The notes under the pieces are model-generated. The model saw only the letters and a program-made list of their open reading frames with translations, ran no database searches and was not told the origin of the DNA. Of a DNA stretch of 64,000 bases, positions 1 to 12,000 are shown one piece after another. The stretch is taken from NCBI GenBank assembly GCA_950097015.1, contig CATNEN010000038.1, positions 6,262,001-6,326,000 on the forward strand. The letters are read 5' to 3'. The position numbers were made by a program, and so were the translations under genes. The stretch comes from Macrostomum hystrix. Its lineage: Eukaryota > Animalia > Platyhelminthes. Numbering within the stretch: position 1 is the stretch's first letter; every line of letters begins with the position of its first letter.

Positions 1-512
1 CTAGGGGTTTGGGCTGTGTACATTCACGGCTTGAAATACAATGTACAGTCTGGGGCTTCGGCGCCCGGGGAAGGGAGGGGGTGGCTGTAATAAAATTTGG
101 CCCGCAGAGTGGCGGAGGGGAGTTGGGGTGGCTGTCCTCGGAAAACAAAAAGTGACTCACTTTGAGATGATGCAGCTTTGCTCTGGATTGAGTAGAGATG
201 TTCAAAATTGACAGCATTGTTGGAAAACATGTAAAGTGTAAGTGGATCAAATTTGGAGAAAATCTGACAAAGTGGGGCGACGATATGTCGAATTGAGTGA
301 TTTTTTGACGATTTTTGAGCAGTTTTTTGCACTTTTGAGCAGGAAGGAAATGATTTTTCGGGAATTTGAGTAGCCTATTGCACTCAGCGTAGGTGGTTTT
401 AGGTATGTGCAAAGTTTGGTGCGATTTGGTTGAGCGGTTTCGGCGTCTATAAAGACAAAAGGTTGCACACACACACACACACACACAGAGTTTTCACTTT
501 TATATATATAGA
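1..512 (-). mobile_element. Non-autonomous Helitron-like element, 5' end
   Basis: Minus strand reads A|TCTATATATATAAAAGTG...(TG)n...GAAACCGCTCAACCAAATCGCACCAAACTTTG. This is the typical layout of an animal non-autonomous Helitron 5' end (TC start, TA run, microsatellite). The 3' hairpin/CTAG end is not resolved; the window starts with CTAG. Confidence 0.55.
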
Positions 513-513
513 T

Positions 514-960
514 CTGTGGCCGTCAGAGCGACTGAGAACTTGTATCTCGGCCGAGGCGTAGCCGAGGCCAGAGAAACGAGTTTGAAGTCGTTCTGGCCAT
601 ATACAAATTAATAAACGGGAGAGATAGTATTTTTCCCCAATTTGGCTCGGTCTTGTGGAAAAAAAGAACTATAGCTCAACAGTCTATGGTTCTGATGAGA
701 CAAATTCCGGGACAAATAAATATTTCTTCGTCCCGGACAAATAAATGCTTCAACACTAGACCATAGACATATTTGACCGGGACAAGTGGGGGATCAATCA
801 AGTGATTTCATTGCTCACTTCATTATTTATGCACAACTCATTCCCAAGCCAGATTTCGCCTGCGACTGCCAAAAGTCGTATTCAGTTGTATTTATTACAG
901 CTAAGCACTGTATGACAGACAGACAAACTACAACTACCGTGGCCATATTGAATAATAAGA
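514..960. mobile_element. Palindrome-rich interspersed repeat, possibly Crypton-like non-autonomous element
   Basis: Hairpin CTCGGC-cgaggcgta-GCCGAG (546-566) and nested inverted repeats GTCTATGGT/ACCATAGAC and CCGGGAC/GTCCCGG (683-768). Similar motifs (CTCGCTTCGCTCG, TCTATGGT, CCATAGACA) recur at 45040-45470. The family assignment is tentative. Confidence 0.3.
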
Positions 961-1071
961 AGTAAAAAATATGTTATAACAAAATATGTTTTCAATCACG
1001 GTTATAGTGTTGAGTGCTTGCGCTTGGTCGTGCCACTTCGATGAATAAAATAAATATTCCACCTATTAAAA

Positions 1072-1761
1072 CAGGGGTCGGCAAACTCCGGCCCGCGGGC
1101 CAGATGCGGCCCTCGAAGCTCCCAAATTCGGCCCGTTGCCCCTTCCGACACCTACAGTATCCTGTTAAATCTTTCCCCTGTTTCATCTTCCCCTGTCTCG
1201 TCTCTTCCGTGTCTCATCTCTCCGCTGTCTCATCTCTCCCATGTCTCGTCTCTCCCATGTCTCATCTCTCCTCAGTCTCGTCTCTCCCGTGTCTCATCTC
1301 TCCTCAGTCTCGTCTCTCCCGTGTCTCATCTCTCCTCAGTCTCGTCTCTCCCGTGTCTCATCTCTCCACAGTATCGTCTCTCCCGTGTCTCATCTCTCCT
1401 CAGTCTCATCTCTCCCGTGTCTCATCTCTCCTCAGTCTCGTCTCTCCCGTGTCTCATCTCTCCTCAGTCTCGTCTCTCCCGTGTCTCATCTCTCCACTGT
1501 CTCATCTCTCCTCAGTCTCATCTCTCCGCTGTCTCATCTCTCCTCAGTCTCATCTCTCCGCTGTCTCATCTCTCCTCAGTCTCGTCTCTCCCATGTCTCA
1601 TCTCTCCTCAGTCTCGTCCCTCCTCAGTCTCGTCTCTCCTCAGTCTCGTCTCTCCCGTGCCCCAGCTCTCCCCTATCTCATCTTTCTACAGGCAATGCGG
1701 CCCGCTGCCGTCTTTTAGGTTCTCTTTTTGGCCCACTAGCTAATAAGTTTGCCGACCCCTG
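1072..1761. mobile_element. hAT-superfamily MITE carrying an internal minisatellite
   Basis: Perfect 16-bp TIRs CAGGGGTCGGCAAACT (1072-1087) and AGTTTGCCGACCCCTG (1746-1761). Exact 8-bp TSD TATTAAAA (1064-1071, 1762-1769). Subterminal CGGCCCGCGGGCCAGATGCGGCCC is typical of Charlie/SPIN-like hATs. Confidence 0.93.
1190..1685 (+). repeat. Minisatellite, ~16-18 bp pyrimidine-rich unit (GTCTCATCTCTCC core)
   Basis: Tandem copies are directly visible inside the hAT MITE. Same core as the arrays at 8025-8720 and 9305-9590. Confidence 0.95.
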
Positions 1762-2320
1762 TATTAAAATTTACTATTACAACTCCACTTTATTAAAATA
1801 AATCCTCCTATATATTTCTCCCTACACCAAGTTTACACTTAAGTTTGCAATGTAAATATATCTCTAGAAAAATAAGCTGGACTGCAGCAAAACTGCGGTC
1901 AATGCGATTGCGAGTGCCCAAGTCAAAGCGGCGAGCTCGAGGCTCCGCTTTGCACTAACAGACAAATATCTTCGCTCCCCCAAAAATACGATATCCGTCC
2001 TAGTCTCTGCACTGAGATGCGGCAAGCCCATTTCGCGCACACCAGACTTGCCGATAATTGCTCGGCAGGCAAACGCCATTTGCCATATCTTCCAACGAAG
2101 CGTCACTGCCGGCATGCTTACCAAAAGATTATACAAGCCTTTGCCAAGATTAGAAAATTTACGCGAAATCGATTTTGGCGACTTCTGCAGCACTTGAAGG
2201 GAGAATTCTCGTAAGCTCATTTCCTGGAAATTGTTTTACATCGCCATCCAATTAGCATTCCTGTTGAGGTCAGGCCCAGCGACTTCAGTCTCAATAATAT
2301 CTACGCTCGTAGTCGAGTGG

Positions 2321-5300
2321 TCACGCAATTTCAACCCAAGGGTAAACAACTTGTGAGCTAAGGTATAGTAAAGTAAGGTATAACTTTTTTGTTTCTGCTT
2401 CTGTCCACTCAGCTCTGAACATAATCACAGTAATCTGTTCTATCGATTTTAGGTCATATCAGCAAGATTAAAAGCGAATAGAAAATCCTACCTTCCAGGT
2501 CGATCCCGGACTGAACGGGTCCAAAACATAAAACAATGGTTCGATGTCGAAAAACTCTTGATATTTCTTAGATCTGCTGATGGCTGTACAGTTGAAGGTC
2601 ACGGCTAGATCTAATATTGCATCTGTCTTGTGCGGTAATGAGCTGCGGTGTATGACTGTATCAAACTGTGGCAAGGATATCACTATGACATTAAAAGTGA
2701 ACGGCCTATTGAGCACAAGGAACCTATAATGTCCTGAAAATAGAGCAATACAAAATATTATGAGTAGATGAAAATTAAATATCGAAAATTGACTCGGCTA
2801 CAGGTATGAGTACGCCTCCATGAAACTTAAGAGAGCAGTGGAACATCGGGTGCAGCTGAACATCGAATTGTGGCTCATTTGATTTCTAGAACCCCGAATA
2901 AGACTGCCGCCTGCAGAGAGAGAGAGCAGCTTTCATTCTGATTCCTTTCCGATTCATTCCTTTCAGTTTCAAATTTTGCTGCCCATCTTCGAGAATAGGC
3001 ATGCAGTAGTGTGTGAATTTGAGAAACTGAAGGGCAGGAACTTTAATTGCACCCAATTAACTTTAAGCAGCTAATGAAAGCGACTCACGGCTTGGCAACT
3101 CAGCAATCAAAAGCAAGAAGTTATACGGTCGCATTATCGGTAGATCAGATCACTGACTACGTGCAACAGCTTCACATGGTGAGCACATTTTCATCCGACT
3201 CACTGACAGCGCCTGGCCAAGCTCATGTAGTTCCTTAGGCTGATAGACTGATCAAAGGGAGTTGCCCTCAATGGATTTCCACAGTGTCAAGTCCCGGATG
3301 CTGGCTTACGATGGCTATGTGATGAAGATGCTCGGAATTTTTTTGTGACTTCTGGAGACACGGGCTGACTAAGCCACAGGCGGTTTATCTACGTGGGCGA
3401 TGACCTGGCGAGACGGCGCGGCAAGGCCTGGGCCGCCTTCCGTTCTGTGCGGGCGGTGCTGCTCTCCGAGGCCCTGTCGAACGGCGCCAGGTCCCAGCTG
3501 TTCCAGGCGGTTGTCGAGACCACCCTGTTGTACAAAACTGAGACCTGGACGCTGACCGGGGCGCTCGAGGCGCAGCTCGACACGGCGCATGCGGCCCTAG
3601 TTCGCGCCACTTTCGGCGCCCGCCGCGGCCCTGGCAGCGAGACAACCGAGTCCCTTTACCAGCGTGCGTGCCTAACGCGGCCTTCTGTCCTGCTGAGTCA
3701 GCGGCGCCTGCGGCTGGCCGGGCATGTCATCCGGGCCGAAGCCTACTGCCCAGAGCCGCTGCAGGATGTCCTGCTGTGGACCTCGCAGGGACCACGCAGT
3801 CGCGGCCAGGGACGATCAGCCCGCTATGTCGACCGTCTTTTTGAAGACGCGCGAGCACCCAGCCAGGCGGCCGGTGTGAAGCATGTTAGAGACCTGGCTC
3901 TAAAGCGCGCGATTTGACGCTCCCCCTTCTTGGCCACTTCTGTGGTCGGCGTGGGGCGCAACTATTATTACGAGCAACTCAGCCTCGTATTATAATTATA
4001 ATTATTTTAAAATAGCCACGGGATTTTAATATTCCCCTGGAAGATTAGTCAAGCGACAAATAACCACCGTCAATACGCCTTTTGGATTCCGCCGCTTACA
4101 ACAGGTTGCCTTTATTGCCTTTAAAGTATCTCTGTCAGTGTTCCAGCGAGAGATAGAGAAGCTGCCTTGTGAGCATCCCGACGTCATAGCGAAGCATCCT
4201 GATAGGAGCTGTGTCACAATCAGAGTCGAAGAACATGTGAGCGTGTGAGTGCTGGGCAAGCTCAGAGCGGCAAATGTGAAAATTAATAAGTCTTAAGTCA
4301 CATCATTGATGACGAAGGGTCAATCCAGATCCTGGAATGGTTCAAGAGATCAAGGATGTTGATGAAACGAAGACCAGACAAGATCTTGAGCGGCTACTTG
4401 GGAGTCGTTGGGACCAGCCCAGTTATCTTGACCGGATAACGCCTAATTTTGCAAAGAAGTGCCGTCCGTTACAAGAAATTTGAAAACTGGACAGGCTCTT
4501 TTAATAAGTCCTGCAACTGAAGCGGCTTTCGTTCAAGTGAAGCAGTGCCTAAATTCTCCTGTCCGTCTGTGTGTGGATGCCAGTTAGTTATGATGCTCAT
4601 TAGGAGTGTTCCTTGTTCAGTTAGGGCACTCCGCCATGTACGTTTCTTAAGCCTTGACTCGAGTCAGACGCGAATTACTCAAATATGAAGAGAAAAGCAC
4701 TGGTCATTGTGTGGGCGTTTGAAAGGGCTCGAATGAATTGTAGAATTGTGTAATTGTGAAGGAATTGTACCGTCGATTCTCCGCAAGCGAATTCTGAAGT
4801 GCACCCAAGCGCTAGCAACGCCACGGCCCACATCGCGAAAGAGTTTCTGGTGGCCTGGCAGTGATCGAAAGATCGTGAACTTTTATGAAGCGGTGCGGGC
4901 CGTGCCCAGAAGCCCAACCGGTATCAACGAAGAATCGAAGCTTCAGGCTAGCTGAAAGTGAGCCGTGGTCACGAGTTTACGTGGACCATTGTGACATTTC
5001 TGGAATGGGGCTGCTCCTGCTGCTGTAAGACTCTTATTCGGGTTGGCCTAAGGTGGAATTCAGAGAAGGTACACAGTATCGGATTGCAAACCCCTCCGTA
5101 TCATCCCACCTCAGGCAGAAAGACCGTTCGACAAGTTCCTACAGAAGCTAATGCTTACGATAAGGACGAGCAAGAGGGAATCGCGGAGCATCTCCAGATG
5201 TCCTTTTATGTGGGGCCGACGACTTCGTCACACGCTAATGATGACTGACCAGGTGGGCGGTGCGATCTGGCTGAGGATGTGCCCAGGAACTGCACCGGTT

Positions 5301-6960
5301 CCGGCCAGGCAGGACGCGTCCAACTCGGCAGAAACTCCGGAGTCTGGCTCAAGATGTTTCTGCTTCAAGACAAGACGAGTTGTTCAACCAGCCTCCGGAA
5401 CTCGTAGCCAGTGAAACAACGGTCCATAGAGCCGCAGCCAGATCTCGGATAACAAGCAGCCGTATGGACTGGACTATGGATTCGACGACCAGTCAGCTAC
5501 TTAGACTAGTGATGTGATTCAGGGTTATGGACTGATGGCTTTTTAGCCGTGTGAGGCTGTTTTTATTTTCTTTGTTTTCCTTTTTGGTGCTTTGTGAGGC
5601 TTTTGTGAGGATTCAATCAGTAAAAAAATATAAAAAATCAAGTGAGTAGCTCACCATCGTGCTCCAGGGTCACCTCTCCATCTAGCTTCACAATGTTGCC
5701 GTACTGCGACAAAATAATTCCCCTGCAATTAAACTGATTGCCACGAATGCTATAGCACTGTCTTCCGTTAAACCAAACACTTAAAGTTTCGATCAGTCTG
5801 TCGCTGCACACCACGGGAATCGCCACCATCGCATCCCGGATGCCTAGACTTAGCTCAATGTTTCGATCATACTTGTTGTTTTTGACAATATTTTCTGCAT
5901 ACGCCATGCTGCAAGTTGGTTCATTGCCGCTGCTGCTGTAACTATTGTTGGGAAGAGAATCAGTGGAAATGTCGCCAACCAACATCGTCAGTCGATGGTT
6001 CCATACTTCCGGATTCAGTGATACACGAATGCAAACTCGAACAGTTGTGGAAGAGCTCTTTAGTTTGTCAAATTTCTGGTGCAGGGTGCTGCTTGAAAAG
6101 ATCAAGAAGCCATCATAGATACTGATGATGTAATTCGTGCGTTCGTCGAAAAGCTTAAGGACTTCGTTGTTCAATTCGCCGGTGGTAAACACTACGCTGT
6201 CCGAGGGAGGGTCATTGTCGCAGTCAACGCCGTCTTTTATAAGCATTACAGTGACAGATATCAAGGGCTTAAGTATGATTGATGTTCGAGAAAAAAGCTC
6301 CAAAAAATCATCATCGAGCAGTTGTATGCGATCTATCGTTGGAGAACTATCTGGAATAGCCAAAGATAAAAGGAAACTGGTAGCACTTTCCGACAGAATG
6401 TACCTGTTAATCGACTGTTTAAGAAATATCATCGGATTCGGGTTTAGCATCAAGCTCTCAAAATTGTACACAAACAGGCTGGCGGAAAGAATAGTGCCCA
6501 CGCCGAAATCGACGAAAATTCGCAGCTCTAGGATGTGGTTCATGGCATTTTTGAAAGTGACACTGTGATTCGAAGTCAAGGTCAGGTTGAGTATGCTGAG
6601 ATTCTCTGTGCTCTTAATTTGAGTCAGTGTGAAGGCCCTGCTTCCCCTGCAGTAAACTTGTCTGCTGTTAATGAAACTGCCGTCACTTATATTGACCTCA
6701 GTGAAGTTCGTCTCCTGGGCTGAGCACTTGAAGAGCAGATATCGCACTGGCGTTGCGAGTGTATGGGACAGGCTCAACTCGATAGTCAAGGGCCGCCCGA
6801 TTGTGAGTGCGGTGATCATTGTCTGCAATCCTGGGCGCCATTTCTGATCTTTGCCGAGCAGGGCGGAGGTCTCTTTGGAGTACTCGATGTGGGGCAGTGA
6901 TGTAGACCTAGTGTTGCCTAGCAGACAGCTGCAGACAGTCACAATGAGGTAACTGAGCAT
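2321..6960 (-). CDS. Orphan secreted/extracellular protein, beta-rich with an Ig-like stretch (~520-550 aa)
   Basis: Exon 1 6960-5655 lies in a 440-codon non-repetitive ORF with a signal-peptide-like start MLSYLIVTVCSCLLG and ends CAC GAT G|GTGAG (phase 1). Exon 2 2733-2492 starts TATTTTCAG|GA CAT TAT and joins in frame as EHDGHYRFLVLNRPFTFNVIVISLP. A tentative exon 3 2434-2321 follows a 57-bp intron; alternatively exon 2 reads through to the stop at 2468. No family recognised. Confidence 0.65.
3385..4005 (+). mobile_element. 5'-truncated RTE-clade non-LTR retrotransposon, 3' end
   Basis: ORF 3393-3917 matches the RTE C-terminal region after RT (RRGKAWAAF...LFQAVVETTLLYKTETWTLT...RRLRLAGHVIR). 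It is followed by a short 3' UTR and a (TAT/TAA)n tail at ~3988-4005. It sits in the intron of the orphan gene. Confidence 0.85.
4300..5560 (+). mobile_element. Degenerate Gypsy-like LTR retrotransposon pol fragment (RNase H and integrase)
   Basis: Frameshifted or stop-containing motifs in the expected order: LCVDAS...LGVFLVQ (~4565-4620), NYSNMKRKALVIVWAF (~4673-4720, RNase H), SFWWPG (~4843), PWSRVYVDH (~4963), TPPYHPTSG (~5090, integrase). Boundaries are approximate. Confidence 0.75.
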
Positions 6961-7267
6961 GATGCGATGCGCTGGCTGATGCCAAACTAGTGTGACTTGT
7001 TCCGATGGTCAATAGCGTGCTTCAAGAGATTGACCTATTAATTTCTGATTCCCTTTTTGTACACGGTATAAGAGTTCTCTTGAGTGGTGTATGTTCTCGC
7101 TCCCTGAATCAGTAGGTTGTTTCAAGCTGTTGCGCATGATGGATGTACCATAGACAATATACTTGCAGGCACAACACAAATTATACTCCTAGTTATCCTT
7201 CAAGTAAGAAATGTTTAAGCCGCTTAGGGGTCCAATAAGACAAGCATTTTTGCTTTTATGAACTTCT

Positions 7268-7420
7268 ATGAAAGCATTTTCGCAGACAATTCGGGAAATG
7301 GGCCTGACCCACCTGGTGACCCACGAAATATCGCTGAAAGATACGACACCGGTTAGGATTCCTACCCGAAGGATTCCAGAAGAACAGTTTGCCGCATTCG
7401 ATGGATCACAGGGTTCTTCA
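7268..7420 (+). mobile_element. Short Gypsy-like fragment (region just before RT)
   Basis: GLTHLVTHEISLKDTTPVRIPTRRIP resembles the G-x-T-x-L-V-x-H-x-I...P-x-R-x-x-x-R-R-I-P stretch preceding Gypsy RT. Confidence 0.55.
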
Positions 7421-7472
7421 TGTCCCGCGCACTATCAGCAGCCAGCTCGCTCCAGAGGCACCTAACTTTTAA

Positions 7473-7840
7473 CAGTAGGGCTACCAAGCCATTTTGCCGC
7501 CCGTTTTTATACCAAAAGGGGGAAATTTTCCCCAATTTTTTGCTGCACCCGAACGGAACAATGCAAGCACACGAAACTCAAGAACACGGGCCAACTTTTT
7601 TGCGCATCTTCTGAAACAAGAAACAAGTCGCCAGCTCTTCAGACCGTCGAGATATTCAATGTTTCTGGCCGAAGGTCCGATTTTTCCCATAAGAGCTAGT
7701 GTATTTCATACACCCCTATACACGAATTTGCACTGCGCCTCAGTGCGGCCTTTCCAGACCTTCAAACTTTATCAGCATGTCACCCGAATGTGTTTGCATC
7801 ATCTCCGACTTCGGCGGTCACCGACCTTTATCTAGACGGA
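7473..7840 (+). mobile_element. Interspersed repeat (non-autonomous DNA-transposon-like), truncated copy
   Basis: Highly similar to 33486-33900 (CAGTAGG.CTACCAAGCCATTTTGCCGCCCGTTTTTATACCAA ... CTTTATCTAGACGGA). A further fragment lies at ~10525-10650. Confidence 0.8.
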
Positions 7841-8024
7841 GCTGCTGGACCTTCAACAAGTGGCACCAGCCAACTATGGAGTCCCTAAAGCGAATTTCTC
7901 TACTTTCGCTGATCAAGCCTCGACGTTGGGCAACACTCAACTACGGACTAGAGGAGCATGTAAAGTACTTTACATGAAGAGACTTTCAGACGATAGATCT
8001 TCCAGAACATTTGCGTGCAGATCT

Positions 8025-8720
8025 GTGCCTCATCTCTCCCCGTGTCTCATCTCTCCCCCGTGTCTCATCTCTCTCCCCCGTGTCTCATCTCTCCCCCGTG
8101 TCTCATCTCTCCCCCGTGTCTCACCTCTCCCCCGTGTCTCATCTCTCCCCCCAAGTCTCATCTCTCCCCCGTGTCTCACCTCTCCCCCGTGCCTCACCTC
8201 TCCCCAGTGTCTCATCTCCCCCCGTGTCTCACCTCTCCCCCGTGCCTCACCTCTCCCCGTGTCTCATCTCCCCCCCGTGTCTCACCTCTCCCCCGTGCCT
8301 CACCTCTCCCCGTGTCTCATCTCTCTCCCCCGTGTCTCATCTCTCTCCCCCGTGTCTCACCTCTCCCCCGTGTCTCATCTCTCCCCCCAAGTCTCATCTC
8401 TCCCCCCAAGTCTCATCTCTCCCCCGTGTCTCATCTCTCCCCCCAAGTCTCATCTCACCCCCGTGTCTCACCTCTCCCCCGTGCCTCACCTCTCCCCAGT
8501 GTCTCATCTCTACCCCCCAAGTCTCATCTCTCCCCCGTGTCTCACCTCTCCCCCGTGTCGCATCTCTCCACCGTGTCTCGTCTCTCCCCCCGTGTCTCGT
8601 CTCTCCCCCGTGTCTCACCTCTCCCCCGTGTCTCATCTCTCCCCCGTGTCTCATCTCTCCCCCGTGTCTCACCTCTCCCCCGTGTCTCATCTCTTCCCCG
8701 TGTCTCATCTCTCCCCGGAG
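8025..8720 (+). repeat. Minisatellite, ~19-21 bp unit CCCCGTGTCTCATCTCT(C)
   Basis: About 35 tandem copies visible. Explains ORFs 7860-8774, 8011-8766, 8015-8926 and their antisense partners. Confidence 0.95.
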
Positions 8721-9077
8721 TCTCTCTCCCATCCATTGGATTTTGGGATTCAAAAATCAAAGATGAGACTCTGACCGTCCATCATCACAAGCCGACTCGA
8801 AACCACTTCATCAGGCTTTTTGTTGAACCAACGGACAATGAGTGCAAGCAACAAACGAAAAATTATTCGCTTCGGAAAAGCCGTCTCTATTGGAACAAAA
8901 GTGTCTGCTCATGCTCGAGCGCTTAGGTTGGTAAGTCAATAATTGGTCATCTTGCAAACAATTCGAAAATATATTTCTTATTAAATAGTTTCGTTATTCT
9001 ATATAATGTTAAGAACCTTGTTTGATTTAAATTGCATTGATTAAATTAAATAGCTTGACTGCTCAGGTCAGCTCAGG

Positions 9078-12000
9078 TCAGCTCAGGGGAGTTTCTTCGT
9101 TGGTCGGGTTGGTGTCCTCCGAGCATCCGTCCTTGCCGTCAAGACTTTCGTAATCGTCTACCGAGGCACTGGCGAAGCGGGCCCGGCTGTGCCGAAAGCC
9201 ATACAGGCCGTAGATCAGGAGGCCTGTTGTTTAAAAACCACTCCTGAGTCCCTTAAAAATCCGAATAGTTCGGGCATTGGGTCGACGGGCATCCCCATTG
9301 GGCATAGGGGAGAGATGAGACACGGGGGAGAGATGAGACACGGGGGAGAGAGATGAGACACGGGGGAGAGATGAGACACGGGGGAGAGAGATGAGACACG
9401 GGGGAGAGATGAGACACGGGGGAGAGAGATGAGACACGGGGGGAGTGATGAGACACGGGGGAGAGAGATGAGACACGGGGGAGAGATGAGACACGGGGGA
9501 GAGATGCGACACGGGGGAGAGATGAGACAAGGGGGAGAGATGAGACACAGGGGAGAGATGAGACACGGGGGAGAGACGAGACACGGGAAAGTTGATGCAT
9601 ATGAGAGCAAGTGTTTGAAGGTGGCAGTGAGGCGGATTCAAAAGCTTTGCGGGCAAGATTTTTCTGACCACCGTGCCAAGGCAACAAGCTGGCCAATGTC
9701 CAGCTGGCTCACCAATCACCGCCCAGATGAGGAATCTTAGCCAGGTCAGGAGCTGCAGGCTCGTCAGCAACAGGCCGTTGATCAGCACAGCCAGCAGGGG
9801 CGACAGCGGCATCAGCGGCGACTCGTAGCAGCCCTCTGGCGCCTCGGCAGGCTGGACAGCGCACAGACAGATCCCGGCTAGCAGCGGTGGCACAGCCGCC
9901 AAGCCAGTGAGCAGCCAGCCCCACCAGACACCGAGCGGGGCTGCCGAGTTGCAGGCGATGCCAAGCAGCACGCAGGTCGTTGTGTAGATTGCTAGCGTTG
10001 CCTTGACAACCACTGACTCTTTGCCATGGCAACAATTGACAGTTGGCGCGAATTTCGCCGCCCATTGCCGCAGAGTTGGCGGGCCAGGCCTCATTGAGTC
10101 GTGCAGGTGTCTCAAGATGTACAAATTGACGCCCACCGTCAGGTAGGATAGCAGGGTGCCCAGTGAGTAGAGGTTGGCCAGGGTCTCCAAGTTGATGAAG
10201 AGGGCGGCGACCGCCGAGATGGCGGCTCCAACCACCAGGCCGGCCAGAGGGACTCCCAGGCGCGGATGAACCTCGGCGAAGCAGGCGAAGATGACGCGGT
10301 CAGAGGCCAGCGCGTAGAACAGACGGGGCACGATGTACACGGAGGAGATCTTGGTAGCCGCGGTGGCTAGCAGGGTGCCGGCAGCGGCCAGAAACTGTAG
10401 CCAAGGTGCGCGACTGTGCGCGAAGCCGATTACGAAGGGCGAGCCAATGTCCAGATCCTGAAGTGGCAGAGTAGGGCAGCCAGAGTTTAACAAGAATTGA
10501 AAAGCCGACAGAAAACGAGTTAAAATTTTTTTAAGCTGCACCCGAACGGAACAACGAAACTGAAGGAAAGGGGTCAAGATAATCAATGGGTTCTGGCTGA
10601 TTTTTCCCGAAAGCGCCAGTGTATTTCACACACCCCTTGCCAGGCCTTTATGAACTATTATGTGTTCTCATTCATAAAGCATAGATGATAAAATAGACAA
10701 CAAAAAGTTTTCATTTTGAAATTTCGATTCATTATCTTCATCTTCGTGATTGTGAGGTGATGTGACATAATCAAAAACATATTGACACAAGCCTTAAACT
10801 CTGATGAACCCAGAGCCTTAAACTCTGATCAACCCAGAGCCTTAAACTCTGATGAACCCATAGCCTTAAACTCTGATGAACCCAGAGCCTTAAACTCTGA
10901 TGAACCCAGAGCCTTAAACTCTGGTGAACCCATAGCCTTAAACTCTGATGAACCCAGAGCCTTAAACTCTGATGAACCCATAGCCTTAAACTCTGGTGAA
11001 CCCATAGCCTTAAACTCTGATGAACCCATAGCCTTAAACTCTGATGAACCCATAGCCTTAAACTCTGATGAACCCATAGCCTTAAACTCTGGTGAACCCA
11101 TAGCCTTAAACTCTGATGAACCCATAGCCTTAAACTCTGGTGAACCCATAGCCTTAAACTCTGATGAACCCATAGCCTTAAACTCTGGTGAACCCATAGC
11201 CTTAAACTCTGATGAACCCATAGCCTTAAACTCTGGTGAACCCATAGCCTTAAACTCTGATGAACCCATAGCCTTAAACTCTGATGAACCCAGAGCCTTA
11301 AACTCTGGTGAACCCATAGCCTTAAACTCTGATGAACCCAGAGCCTTAAACTCTGATGAACCCAGAGCCTTAAACTCTGATGAACCCATAGCCTTAAACT
11401 CTGATGAACCCAGAGCCTTAAACTCTGATGAACCCATACCTAGCTCACCTTATAGTAGACCAGGTAGGACAGGCCGAGGCAGGCGGCTAGGTACAGGCAG
11501 GTGATGACGCCGAGAGAGGCCAGCAGCGCCACTGGCATGGACTTGCGCGGAGTGGCGCACTCCTCGGCCGCGTTGGCCAACGCCTCGAAGCCCGAGAAGG
11601 CGAACACGGCCACCGTCGCGCCTTTCAGCACGCCGCCGACGCCATTAGGCGCGAAGTTCGACCAGTTGCTGGGCGAGCCCAGGGCGAAGCAGCTCGCAGC
11701 GATGGCTGTCAGGAGAAGCAGCTGAATGGCCGTGATGATCGCGGTTAGTCGCATTGAAGCTGCCGCGCCTGAGCAGTAATCAAGTTTTATCAAATAGAAG
11801 CCAATTGAAGTCATGCAATTAACCCCCTATGAGAGCCAATCCCCAAGGCTGAAATACAGCATTAAGCGGCTCCATTAAGCATTAAGCCATCCAGCTCGAG
11901 TTTCATCTTTATCTTACTCATAGACAGTTAAAGCGTGCAGCAACACATCAGTGGTGTCTATGGCCTAAGTTATGGCCTGTTTTAGCAAGCCCAAAGATTC

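Noticed and set aside
1014-1801. Long SLVSPVSHL-type ORFs (also 7860-8926 and 9215-9740)
   Set aside because: They are translations of a stop-free minisatellite, open in several frames, with no unique coding sequence.
1864-2220. 118-aa minus-strand ORF downstream of the orphan gene
   Set aside because: It has no motif and I found no in-phase splice link to the upstream exons; left uncalled.
10782-11504. ALNSDEP repeat protein (likewise 43066-43794, 51821-52949, 57968-58401, 62987-63190)
   Set aside because: These are minisatellite translations, open on both strands or in several frames, and intronic or intergenic.
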